The translations under genes were made by a program, and so were the position numbers. A DNA stretch of 32,000 nt from Candidatus Iainarchaeum sp. Its GTDB lineage: Archaea; Iainarchaeota; Iainarchaeia; Iainarchaeales; JAZDEL01. The stretch spans positions 30,001-62,000 of the forward strand of contig JAZDEL010000010.1 in NCBI GenBank assembly GCA_043808785.1, in the 5' to 3' direction. Below are positions 24,231 to 32,000 of the stretch, piece by piece. Each line of letters opens with the position of its first letter. Position 1 is the first letter of the stretch. The notes under the pieces were generated by a model. That model searched no databases. It was not told the origin of the DNA and was given only the letters and a program-made list of their open reading frames with translations.

Positions 24231-24297
24231 ACCCCCGCTATTGCCTCATGCGGATAGTATAATAATATTATTGCCCCCGCGGGTTAAAAAAAGGGTT

Positions 24298-24306
24298 TTG
24301 GTACAA
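24298..24306. promoter_or_regulatory. TTG-N3-CAA motif (TTGGTACAA), centre 72 nt upstream of the RHH gene start
   Basis: Exact 9-mer in the 98-nt intergenic region, upstream of AT-rich box 24255-24272. Confidence 0.4.
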
Positions 24307-24328
24307 TTGCCGCACCCACTTTCGGGGA

Positions 24329-25669
24329 TTATTCTGTTGCCGTTACCGTGCCGCCGGCAACAGTGCCCGTGCCGCGCATAAGCACGAACCTGCCGAGCGT
24401 AGGGAAGTCCGAGAATTTCTCGACGGCAATTTCCTTTTTTGTTTCTATAACCGCCTCCGCAACCTCGTTCGCCTCGATGGATGCCGCGTTCTCGGAAATT
24501 GTTTCAAGCGTTGAACTGTCCATTTTCCGCGCCACGGAAACAATCGCGGCCTTCCCCTCCTGCGTCGAGCACTTCAGCGTAACCTCCCCCGGGATTTGTA
24601 TCCCTTCGCGCGCGAGCCAGAATATGTTCGCGCGGAACCTCTTTGCCCTGTGCGGAACGCTTTCCGCGCTGCCCGCAATTTCCCCGCGCTCGGCAAAAAC
24701 AGGCTCCGTTGTTGTTATGCCCGTGCTCTCCCCGGCCTCCGCCTCCTTTTTCGCGGGGTTCAGATATTCCTCCACGCTTTTAACCCTCGTTTTTGTGCCG
24801 CTCGGCATGAAAACTATTTCCTGCCCGCTGCGTATCCTGCCGCTCTCTACCCTTCCCGCGTAAATTCTCTTCTCGCCAATCTTGTAAACGTCCTGCACCG
24901 CATACCTCAGCCCCTGTTCCGTGGGCTTTTTCATGCACTCGAACTCGTCAAGCGCCTCGAGCACTGTCGGGCCTGTGAACCAGGGCATGTTCTTTGATTT
25001 CGCCGCAATATTGTCCCCACATTTCGCGGAAATCGGTATTATGAATTTTGGCGTAATGCCCAGCCTGCCGAGGAATTCAGAAATTTCCTTCCCAAGGCTT
25101 TCGGGCTTCGCCTTATCGTAATTCACTGAATCCATCTTGTTCAGCGCAACTATGACCTGTTTCATCCCGAGAAGGGAAAGCACATATGCGTGCCTCCTTG
25201 TCTGTTCCTGCACGCCCTCCGCAGCATCAACAATGAGTATCGCCGCCTCGGCAAGCGATGCCCCCGTTATCATATTCCTCAGGAACTCCTTGTGCCCCGG
25301 CGCATCGATTATTACGTAATTCCTCTTTGCGGTTTTGAAATAGGTGTGCGCGGTGTCTATCGTTATGCCCTGCTCCCTTTCCTCCTGAAGATAGTCCATA
25401 ACAAACGCAAACTCGACTTCCTTTCCCGAAGAGCCGCACTCCCTCTCTATCTCCTCCTTCTTCCCCTTCGGCAGCGAATCCGTGTCGAAGAACAGCCTGC
25501 CTATAAGCGTGCTCTTGCCGTGGTCAACATGCCCCGCGAGTACAAGATTGAGGCTCTCGCGCTCTCCTCCCTGCCTGGCAACCCCGCCCCGAACGCTTCC
25601 CGTGCCGGCGGCACGCCCCTTAACCGTGCGCGAACCCGCGCTTTGCTTTTTTTTGCCATTTGCGCCCAT
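24329..25669 (-). CDS. cysN: sulfate adenylyltransferase subunit 1 (GTPase), no fused APS kinase
   Basis: [14 protein letters not shown] (G1), DAPGHKEF (G3), NKMD (G4). Sits directly downstream of cysD. 446 aa, with no extra C-terminal kinase domain. Confidence 0.8.
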   Translation of the reverse strand: MGANGKKKQSAGSRTVKGRAAGTGSVRGGVARQGGERESLNLVLAGHVDHGKSTLIGRLFFDTDSLPKGKKEEIERECGSSGKEVEFAFVMDYLQEEREQGITIDTAHTYFKTAKRNYVIIDAPGHKEFLRNMITGASLAEAAILIVDAAEGVQEQTRRHAYVLSLLGMKQVIVALNKMDSVNYDKAKPESLGKEISEFLGRLGITPKFIIPISAKCGDNIAAKSKNMPWFTGPTVLEALDEFECMKKPTEQGLRYAVQDVYKIGEKRIYAGRVESGRIRSGQEIVFMPSGTKTRVKSVEEYLNPAKKEAEAGESTGITTTEPVFAERGEIAGSAESVPHRAKRFRANIFWLAREGIQIPGEVTLKCSTQEGKAAIVSVARKMDSSTLETISENAASIEANEVAEAVIETKKEIAVEKFSDFPTLGRFVLMRGTGTVAGGTVTATE

Positions 25670-25680
25670 GCCGTTCGCCC

Positions 25681-26481
25681 CTACATATACCCAAGCGTCC
25701 TGAGCTTCTGCATCATGTACGCTGTCTCCTTGTCCTGCGCCCTTCCCGCCCTTTCCGCGGTGTTTGTGTTTTCCAGTTCATCTATTATCTCATCGATGTT
25801 TTTTGCGTTGGATTCAATCGGCTGGCAGCAGGTTGTGCAGCCTATGCTCCTGTACCTCTTTCCGTTGCGCGAAAAATAAAGTTCCGTTATCGGTATGCCC
25901 TCGCGCCTTATGTATTTCCAGATATCAACCTCACGCCAGTGCAGCAAAGGATGCACGCGCACGTGCTCCTCCTCCTCAAGCTTGTTCTTGTACTGGTCCC
26001 ACATTTCCGCGGGCTGGTTCTTGTAATCCCACTCGAAATCCTCATTGCGCGGGGAAAAATAACGCTCCTTTGCGCGTATTCCGTGCTCGTCCCTCCTTAT
26101 GCCGAGCAGCAGCGCCCTGAGCTTGTGCTCCGCAATAGTTTTCTTGAGCGCGTTTGTCTTGAGTTCCGTGCAGCACTCGAGCCTTCCCTTGGAGGGGCAG
26201 ACCCCGCGCGCTATTGCCGCCTCGTTTTTCCCCACAACAAGGCTCAGTCCCCACTCCTTTGCATACTTGTCCCTGAATTCGTACATCTCGGGGAACTTAT
26301 AGCCCGTGTCTATATGCATCACGGGAAACGGCAGCCTGCCGTAGAACGCCTTCCTGCAGAGCCAGAGAAGTGTCGTTGAATCTTTGCCTATGCTCCAAAG
26401 CAGGGCAATGCCCTTGAACTGGCGGTATGCCTCGCGTATTATGTATATGCTCCTGCTTTCCAGTTCGCTCAGGTGGTCCAT
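25681..26481 (-). CDS. cysD: sulfate adenylyltransferase subunit 2
   Basis: [31 protein letters not shown] (PP-loop), [37 protein letters not shown]. Collinear with E. coli CysD as I recall it. Confidence 0.9.
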   Translation of the reverse strand: MDHLSELESRSIYIIREAYRQFKGIALLWSIGKDSTTLLWLCRKAFYGRLPFPVMHIDTGYKFPEMYEFRDKYAKEWGLSLVVGKNEAAIARGVCPSKGRLECCTELKTNALKKTIAEHKLRALLLGIRRDEHGIRAKERYFSPRNEDFEWDYKNQPAEMWDQYKNKLEEEEHVRVHPLLHWREVDIWKYIRREGIPITELYFSRNGKRYRSIGCTTCCQPIESNAKNIDEIIDELENTNTAERAGRAQDKETAYMMQKLRTLGYM

Positions 26482-26546
26482 TTTCCCGCTTCCGTGGTTA
26501 CCTTACAATTATACTACAATTATGCTATGCAGCATTTAAAATAGTT

Positions 26547-26555
26547 TTGGTTCAA
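26547..26555. promoter_or_regulatory. TTG-N3-CAA motif (TTGGTTCAA), centre 70 nt upstream of the cysD start
   Basis: Exact 9-mer. The TATA-like acaattatac (26505-26514) is about 29 nt upstream of ATG 26481. Confidence 0.4.
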
Positions 26556-26617
26556 ACCCGCGTATTTCGGTGCCGCGGCTTCCGCCCTGCGCCATCAATT
26601 TGGCATTCCTGCAGCGG

Positions 26618-28111
26618 CTATTCCTTTCCCCTAAGGTGCTTCACAAATGTTTTGCCAGCCTTGAGTATGCGCTTCGCCTCCCTCGGGTGCATTACCGCCT
26701 GCACAGCCTTTGATGCGACATATTTCGGCCTGAGGTAAAATTCCTTCCTTGCGCGGTTGCAGCCCTTCACAAGTTCCTCCGCGCTCAGTTCGGGCCTGCA
26801 GACCATGCAGTTGTGCCCCCCTTCGGCATTTAACCAGTCCCTGAAGTCCGTGCTTTTGAGGTAGCCGTTCGCGCGCGCCCATTCGTATGTCTCCGTTCCC
26901 GGGTAAACCATAATGGGGAAAAACTGCGCGGTATCGGGGTTCAGTTCCTTTGCGAACTCGATTGTGCGCCCTATTGTCTCTTTTGTTTCCCCCTGGTTGC
27001 CGAGCATGAAGCACCCGTGCACAAGCACGCCCGCGCGCTTCGCGTCCCTGAAGAACTGCCTTATCTTATCTACCCGAGTCCCCTTGCTTATGTTGTTCAG
27101 TATTTCCTGCGCCCCCGATTCTATGCCCACGCACAGCAGCCTGCAGCCCGCCTTCTTCATCGTGCGCAGGGTCTCGTAATCCACGTCCGCGCGGGCGTTG
27201 CAGCTCCACGTGATTTTGATTTTTTTCTCGGCAAGCCGCGCGCAGAATTCCTTCACGCGCCCCCTATCCGCGGTAAAAGTGTCGTCCTCTATGAAAACCT
27301 CGCGTACCTGCGGAAAATTGCCGCGGATGTATTCAAACTCCTCAATTACGTTCTCCACGCTCCTTGCGCGGTATGCCCTGCCGTTAAGGACCTGAGGCCA
27401 AACACAGAACTTGCACCTGTAAGGGCAGCCCCTTCCCGTGATAATTGTGATTTCGGGGTAAAGGTTCGCGCTGTAAAAATAATTCCTTATGTCCAGGTGC
27501 TTCTTGTAGACCTTGCTCACAAACGGGAGTTCGTCCAGGTTTTTTATGAATTCCCTGTCTTTGTTATGCACCGCCTTCCCCGTTTTCGGGTCGCGCCAGC
27601 TGAGCCCGCCGATTTTTTCCAGCGCAAGTTCGGGCTTTTCCGCCCTGCCCATGCCCTTCTGCACGCGCTCTATCTCCCTCGCGAGCTCGAGAACCGTGTA
27701 ATCGTACTCGCGCCTCGCGATTGCGTCTATTGCAGCGCTCATCTTAAGCGTTTCCTCGGGCATTGCGGATGGGTGCGTCCCCACAAGCGCCGCAAAGCAA
27801 TCCGTCGCGCCCCTGAGCGTATCCTTTATTTTGCCCAGCACTTCCGCATCGCTGTGTATGCTCCCCGTGCTTGTGTCCATCACTATAAGTTCGGGCCTGA
27901 ATTCGGAAGCAATGCGCAGCACTTCCCCGATGCCCTTCCCCTCCGCGGGTGCGTCCAGCAGCTTTGCCTCGAAGCCCGCATCCTCAAGCACGCCCGTGGC
28001 ATACGCAAGCCAGAGCGGGTAATAAATCGTGCCGCCCTTTGTCACCGCTGGCGAGCGCGATGACCTCGAATACTTGCCCATGAACGGCGGGTTTAGGAGG
28101 AGTACGCGCAT
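26618..28111 (-). CDS. B12-binding-domain radical SAM protein (class B)
   Basis: MRVLLLNPPF...YYPLWLAYATGVLEDAGFEAKLLDA (cobalamin-domain-type N-terminus), TGRGCPYRCKFCVWPQ (CxxxCxxC). Confidence 0.8.
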   Translation of the reverse strand: MRVLLLNPPFMGKYSRSSRSPAVTKGGTIYYPLWLAYATGVLEDAGFEAKLLDAPAEGKGIGEVLRIASEFRPELIVMDTSTGSIHSDAEVLGKIKDTLRGATDCFAALVGTHPSAMPEETLKMSAAIDAIARREYDYTVLELAREIERVQKGMGRAEKPELALEKIGGLSWRDPKTGKAVHNKDREFIKNLDELPFVSKVYKKHLDIRNYFYSANLYPEITIITGRGCPYRCKFCVWPQVLNGRAYRARSVENVIEEFEYIRGNFPQVREVFIEDDTFTADRGRVKEFCARLAEKKIKITWSCNARADVDYETLRTMKKAGCRLLCVGIESGAQEILNNISKGTRVDKIRQFFRDAKRAGVLVHGCFMLGNQGETKETIGRTIEFAKELNPDTAQFFPIMVYPGTETYEWARANGYLKSTDFRDWLNAEGGHNCMVCRPELSAEELVKGCNRARKEFYLRPKYVASKAVQAVMHPREAKRILKAGKTFVKHLRGKE

Positions 28112-28244
28112 CTTTGCTCACCGTGTTTATTACACTAAATTAAAACGGATAATATTTAATAATGGGCTTGGTACAAATGGCGAATTTTGCCGCTTTCCAG
28201 GCGTGTACCAGAATTAATATAAATGCCGCGGGCATTTCTAATGT
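28112..28244. promoter_or_regulatory. AT-rich divergent promoter region
   Basis: ttaatataaa (28214-28223) is about 27 nt before ATG 28245. cactaaattaaa (28134-28145) is about 29 nt before the minus-strand ATG 28111. TGGTACA (28169-28175) and TGTACCA (28204-28210) form an inverted repeat. Confidence 0.45.
28168..28176. promoter_or_regulatory. TTG-N3-CAA motif (TTGGTACAA), centre 73 nt upstream of ATG 28245
   Basis: Exact 9-mer. Imperfect inverted partner gTGTACCAg at 28203-28211. Confidence 0.4.
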
Positions 28245-28916
28245 ATGGCGTTTTTGTTCGCGCACGAATGGATTGCAAAACTGGCTCTCGAGAAAATTAG
28301 AAAGAAGAATTTAATTTCGGATTACGCGAATATTGACGGCTATTTTTTCGGCGCCATTGCGCCTGACATACGATATGTGAATAATTCGCGCAGGGAAGTT
28401 ACGCACGTGCGGGGTTCGGCGTTTGATGCCTTCAGGGGAAGCGGTTCAGAGCCATTTATTGCGGGGCTTGAAACGCACTTTATTGTTGACGATGCCTGGT
28501 CCAATGAAAGGAATTGGCTGGAAGAAAGCATTTATGATTTTTATAAACTCGACCCGAACAACACTGCCCAAAAATTCGCCCTGTACTTTCTTGTTGACGA
28601 TTATTTCCAGGCGGAAGCTAATTGGCTTTTCCCTATCGAATGCGCAGGCAATATTCTTCGCGCTGACGATGTGGGAATTCTATTGGGTTTGGGCTTCAGC
28701 CACAGCCGTGTTGCGCTGTACAAATCCGGCGCGGCTGTTTATCTCAGGGAGCTGGGCATAGATACACTTTACTCCCTTAACTTTGCCCCGAATAAGCTGG
28801 ACGAGGTTTTGGTGAGGAGAATATTGGAGGAAAAATCTGCTTTGACAGATTTCCTAAAAAAATTCAAAATAGTGTCTGTAGAGAACTGTGTGGCTTCTTT
28901 GGAGGCGAATTTATGA
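28245..28916 (+). CDS. hypothetical protein, possibly zinc-dependent phospholipase C-like family
   Basis: N-terminal pattern FAHEWIA...FFGAIAPDIRY...EVTH resembles the H...G..aPD...H signature of Zn_dep_PLPC-type proteins. GC is about 38-45% on hand-counted lines, against about 58-60% elsewhere. Confidence 0.4.
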   Translation: MAFLFAHEWIAKLALEKIRKKNLISDYANIDGYFFGAIAPDIRYVNNSRREVTHVRGSAFDAFRGSGSEPFIAGLETHFIVDDAWSNERNWLEESIYDFYKLDPNNTAQKFALYFLVDDYFQAEANWLFPIECAGNILRADDVGILLGLGFSHSRVALYKSGAAVYLRELGIDTLYSLNFAPNKLDEVLVRRILEEKSALTDFLKKFKIVSVENCVASLEANL

Positions 28917-29026
28917 CTCTCAGGATGAAAATCATTTTGGCAATAGCGTTCGCATTTGTATCGGCGTATCTTTATGTGATGGTCAGGCTGGCTCTCTTTG
29001 CGTGGAATGTGGCTGTTTATGAGTAG
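28913..29026 (+). CDS. 37-aa hydrophobic mini-protein (single predicted TM)
   Basis: Own translation, below the ORF-track size cutoff: MTLRMKIILAIAFAFVSAYLYVMVRLALFAWNVAVYE. The ATG overlaps the TGA of the upstream gene (ATGA at 28913-28916). Confidence 0.4.
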   Translation: MTLRMKIILAIAFAFVSAYLYVMVRLALFAWNVAVYE

Positions 29027-29037
29027 TTTCGGGGCTA

Positions 29038-30024
29038 TTATTTCCCCTGCTTCGAAAAATAATTCCTGTACCACTCCACGGTTTCCTTAATCCCTTCCCC
29101 GAGCGAATACTCCGCTTCCCACCCGAGCACGCGCTTAGCCTTCGAGCTGTCGAGCCACTGCCTGTCTATCTCATTGCGCGCTGTGCCGAGGATTTTCGGC
29201 TTGGCCTTTGCCCCGGCAGCCCTGTTTATTGTTTCAACAACCTCAAGCACGCTCACTGGCTTTCCCGTGCCGAAATTAAAAGCCTCCCCGGCAACGCCCT
29301 TTGCGTTTGCCCTCTCCCCGAGCGCGAGGTATGCGGAAACCGCGTCCGCCGCGTACATGTAATCCCTTTCCGCCTTTCCGTCCGAGCGTATCTCCAGCGC
29401 CTTTCCCCCGAGCGCGCACCTGATTGCATCGGGCACAATGCGCGAGAAGTTCAAATCCCCCCCGCCGTAAGTGTTTGCGTTGCGCGTCACGGCAACAGGC
29501 ATTCCGTATGTGGCAAAGTAAGAATGCGCTATTATATCCGTGCACGCCTTTGAAGCATCGTAAGGATACGCGCCAAGCAGCGGGCTTTCCTCCGTGTAAG
29601 GGAGTTTCTTCTGCACCCCATATGCCTTGTCGCTGCTTGCAACCACTATGCGTTCTACCTTTCCCGAACGCCTGCACGCCTCAAGCAGGTTGTAAGTGCC
29701 CCTGATGTTGGACTCGAAGGTGCTTATCGGCCCCGAGTTTGCAACCCCGACAAGCGCCTGCGCTGCAAGGTGGAAAACCGAATCTATTTCATACTCCCTC
29801 ACAGGCCTCTCGATTGATGCGTAATCAACAAGGTCGCCGTGCACGAGCGTTACCTTTCCCCTCAGCCCTTGGAGATCGTAGCCCGCATCCTTTTTCACGT
29901 CGCGCGCAAGGCAGTAAGCATCCGCCCCCGAACCGACAAGCCCCTTCGCCACCCACGAGCCTATGAACCCGTCGGCGCCTGTTACAAAAACCTTCCTGCC
30001 TTTCCAGAAATCTATGCTGCGCAT
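29038..30024 (-). CDS. rfbG: CDP-glucose 4,6-dehydratase
   Basis: ORF trimmed to ATG 30024 (MRSIDFWKGRKVFVTGADGFIGSWV), 1 nt after the rfbF stop. Motifs: SSDKAYG, YDASKA (YxxxK). The FWKGK.V.VTG..GF.GSW N-terminus is typical of RfbG. Confidence 0.75.
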   Translation of the reverse strand: MRSIDFWKGRKVFVTGADGFIGSWVAKGLVGSGADAYCLARDVKKDAGYDLQGLRGKVTLVHGDLVDYASIERPVREYEIDSVFHLAAQALVGVANSGPISTFESNIRGTYNLLEACRRSGKVERIVVASSDKAYGVQKKLPYTEESPLLGAYPYDASKACTDIIAHSYFATYGMPVAVTRNANTYGGGDLNFSRIVPDAIRCALGGKALEIRSDGKAERDYMYAADAVSAYLALGERANAKGVAGEAFNFGTGKPVSVLEVVETINRAAGAKAKPKILGTARNEIDRQWLDSSKAKRVLGWEAEYSLGEGIKETVEWYRNYFSKQGK

Positions 30025-30025
30025 A

Positions 30026-30739
30026 TCACCACTTCTTCCAGGGCGCCTTCCTGCTTTTCCAAAGTTCATCTAGTTCGGACCATTCTTTAAAGTTATTCAT
30101 GCAGCCCCAGAAACCCGAATGTCTGTACGCTACCAACTCCTCGTCTTTTGCAAGAGCTGTGAAAACCTCACCTTCAAGTTCCCCCTTGACCCTGTGCAGG
30201 TAATCGAAAATTTTTTTGTTGAATACGAAAAATCCGCCGTTAATCCACTGGTCCTTTATTTTCGGCTTCTCCTCGAATTCTATGACAGCCCCGCTCAGCA
30301 TGTCGCAGCGCAGGGTTCCGAATTGGCTCGGGGGGTTTACGGTTGTGAGAGTTGCCACCTTCTTCTTCTGTTTGTGGAACTCGAGGACTTTTCTTATGTC
30401 AACATCACTCACATCATCTCCGTATGCAACGAAGAAATTCTCTTCGCCATCCATGTATTTCTTAATTTGCCTCAGCCTTTCAGCCTTGTTGCTCTCAAGG
30501 CCCGTATCAATATACTCGATTTTCCAGTTTTCGGGATTGTTATTTTCAAAATGCTCCTTTATTTGTTCCCCATAATAGCCCATGCATAATACAAAATCCG
30601 TGAATCCTTGTGCGGCGTAAATTTTCATTATGTGCCAAAGTATTGGTTTGCCCCCTATTTGCACGAGCGCCTTCGGCATCTCCTTAGTGAACTCATGCAG
30701 GCGCATGCCTTTTCCCCCGACCAAAATTGCAGTTTTCAT
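30026..30739 (-). CDS. rfbF: glucose-1-phosphate cytidylyltransferase
   Basis: ORF 30026..30919 trimmed to ATG 30739. MKTAILVGGKGMRLHEFTKEMPKALVQIGGKPILWHIMKIYAAQGFTDFVLCMGYYGEQIKEHF closely parallels RfbF (GGKPILWHIMKIY). GC is about 40-47% on hand-counted lines. Confidence 0.85.
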   Translation of the reverse strand: MKTAILVGGKGMRLHEFTKEMPKALVQIGGKPILWHIMKIYAAQGFTDFVLCMGYYGEQIKEHFENNNPENWKIEYIDTGLESNKAERLRQIKKYMDGEENFFVAYGDDVSDVDIRKVLEFHKQKKKVATLTTVNPPSQFGTLRCDMLSGAVIEFEEKPKIKDQWINGGFFVFNKKIFDYLHRVKGELEGEVFTALAKDEELVAYRHSGFWGCMNNFKEWSELDELWKSRKAPWKKW

Positions 30740-30747
30740 CGCCACAC

Positions 30748-31650
30748 CTAAATCAAAAATTTCCCGAATTTTATGCTCGCCCCGAGCCTGTACGCCTTCA
30801 CGCAAATCACGTATCCCCATGCCACGGAAATTACCGCAAGCGCGTGCAGGGGCGTGCTGCCGCGCATGAATGTTATGCCGCGCGGCGAGCCGAGCTTCAG
30901 TTCCCCTTTCTCGCCCCACTGATTTGTTGCCGCAGCCCAGTCCGCAAAAGGGTTCACGAGGAAGCCGAACCTCACATCAAGGAACTTCCGCGCGCGCGAG
31001 GGGTTTTTTTTGTAGAGCAGCACGTCGTTCATATGGTAGCCGCACCTCTCCAGCCCGTATTTCACCCAGCCAGCAAAGCCGCGCGGGTTCTCCATTTTGT
31101 GCTCGTGCACGAATTTCGCGTCCTGCACAACCCTGTTTTCATATCCCGCATCAAGCACCCTGAAAACCAAATCCGTGTCCTCGCGGTAATACCTGTATGC
31201 CTCGTCGTATCCGCCCGCCTTCTCAAGCGCCTCGCGCCTGAATGCGGTGCTTGTTCCGCCGAACTCGTGGAAAGAGCTCACGACCCCGATTTTTTTATTC
31301 AGGGCGCCGTTATCGAAAAAACCGCGCATCAGTTTCTTGAGCCAGTCCCTTGCAGGTATGCAGTCGTCGTCCATAATCGCCACAAACCCGTACCTCGCCT
31401 TTTTTATCCCGTTGTTCCTTGCCCTGCAGGGGAAAGAACGTGCCTGGTTCAGCACGCGCACGCGCTTCTCCTTGCCGAACGCGCTGCGCAGCATCTGTTC
31501 GGTGCCGTCCGTGCCGCCGTCATTTACAACTATGATTTCATAAGGCGCGGGATAATCCTGCCTCAGCATCGCGCGCAGCGTCCTTTCCAGCACTTCGCAG
31601 CGGTTGTGCGTCATCACAACTATTGAAACCGCAGGCATTTCCTTGCCCAT
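30748..31650 (-). CDS. glycosyltransferase family 2
   Basis: VSIVVMTHNRCEVLERTLRAMLRQ, IIVVNDGGTDGT, IMDDDC. ATG 31638 is an alternative start. Confidence 0.8.
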   Translation of the reverse strand: MGKEMPAVSIVVMTHNRCEVLERTLRAMLRQDYPAPYEIIVVNDGGTDGTEQMLRSAFGKEKRVRVLNQARSFPCRARNNGIKKARYGFVAIMDDDCIPARDWLKKLMRGFFDNGALNKKIGVVSSFHEFGGTSTAFRREALEKAGGYDEAYRYYREDTDLVFRVLDAGYENRVVQDAKFVHEHKMENPRGFAGWVKYGLERCGYHMNDVLLYKKNPSRARKFLDVRFGFLVNPFADWAAATNQWGEKGELKLGSPRGITFMRGSTPLHALAVISVAWGYVICVKAYRLGASIKFGKFLI

Positions 31651-31651
31651 C

Positions 31652-32000
31652 TTAAGCCTCCGCTTCCCCTGTTTCCTTACCCCTCACAAGCCTTGCCGCC
31701 CTGTGCAGGCTCTCTATGCTTCCCGCGTCCGTCCAGAAGCCGCGCAGCACGTGCGCATTCATTGTTCCGCGCTTTATGTAGGCGTTGTTCACGTCCGTAA
31801 TCTCATACTCCCCGCGCGCGCTCGGCCTGAGCCCGCGGATAATATCGAATGCCGCGGAATTGTACATGTAAAGCCCCACTACCGCAAGTTTTGTCTTCGG
31901 CTTTGCAGGCTTCTCCTCTATTCCAATAACCTTATCGCCCTTCAGTTCCGCAACACCGAACCTGTTGGCGTCAGGCACCTCCTTGAGGAAGATGCGTGCC
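31652..32000 (-). CDS. sugar-1-phosphate nucleotidyltransferase (RmlA-like glucose-1-phosphate thymidylyltransferase), 3' part only
   Basis: C-terminal region NRFGVAELKGDKVIGIEEKPAKPKTKLAVVGLYMY...RPSARGEYEITDVNNAYI...GFWTDAGSIESL. The reading frame stays open to the right window edge. Confidence 0.7.
   Translation of the reverse strand, partial: ARIFLKEVPDANRFGVAELKGDKVIGIEEKPAKPKTKLAVVGLYMYNSAAFDIIRGLRPSARGEYEITDVNNAYIKRGTMNAHVLRGFWTDAGSIESLHRAARLVRGKETGEAEA

Noticed and set aside
24231-24328. Palindromic AT-rich stretch (agtataataatattatt) and gcgg...ccgc flanks as a terminator for cysN.
   Set aside because: No convincing GC stem followed by a T-run was found. The position (about 33 nt upstream of the RHH start) fits a TATA-like promoter element better.
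28112-29037. Low-GC island as a mobile element or integrated cassette.
   Set aside because: No integrase, transposase, terminal inverted repeats or flanking direct repeats were seen. Only the compositional anomaly is supported, and it is reported as such.
1-32000. tRNA, rRNA or other structured RNA genes.
   Set aside because: Intergenic space is small, with the largest gaps about 130-180 nt. None of the gaps showed cloverleaf-compatible stems or rRNA-like sequence on inspection. A covariance-model scan would be needed to exclude small ncRNAs.

Overview
GC-rich (about 58-60% by hand count on sample lines), densely coded window. It is essentially one large cell-surface glycan / protein-glycosylation gene cluster. 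No rRNA, tRNA, CRISPR array, transposase or integrase was recognised. Several operon-leading genes have an AT-rich TTTATAT-type box centred about 27-30 nt upstream of the start codon. This suggests archaeal-type promoters with leaderless first genes (inference; taxon not determinable here). Supported content: 4 GT4 and 3 GT2 glycosyltransferases (one Dpm1-like), 3 GT-C membrane glycosyltransferases, 3 SAM methyltransferases, 2 B12-binding radical SAM enzymes, and 1 radical SAM/SPASM enzyme. Also present are an SDR, an AsnB-type amidotransferase, 2 alkaline-phosphatase-superfamily (NPP-like) proteins, CysD/CysN sulfate activation, CDP-glucose genes (rfbF/rfbG), the 3' end of an RmlA-like gene, and a small RHH regulator. 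The most unusual element is a tandem triplication (5739-11643, period about 2 kb) of a two-gene module. Each module pairs a membrane-anchored DsbA/BdbD-fold protein that has lost its CxxC active site with a short GT-C glycosyltransferase lacking a soluble domain; the two genes overlap by 8 nt. A polyprenyl-phosphate-sugar synthase-like GT2 follows the third module. Other notable items: a 161-nt near-identical tract between module copies 2 and 3, and a 3 x 41-nt repeat forming a chain of ATGA stop/start overlaps that leads into a protein with four fused TIGR04076-like domains. A TTG-N3-CAA 9-mer sits about 70-73 nt upstream of four different start codons. There are two low-GC islands.
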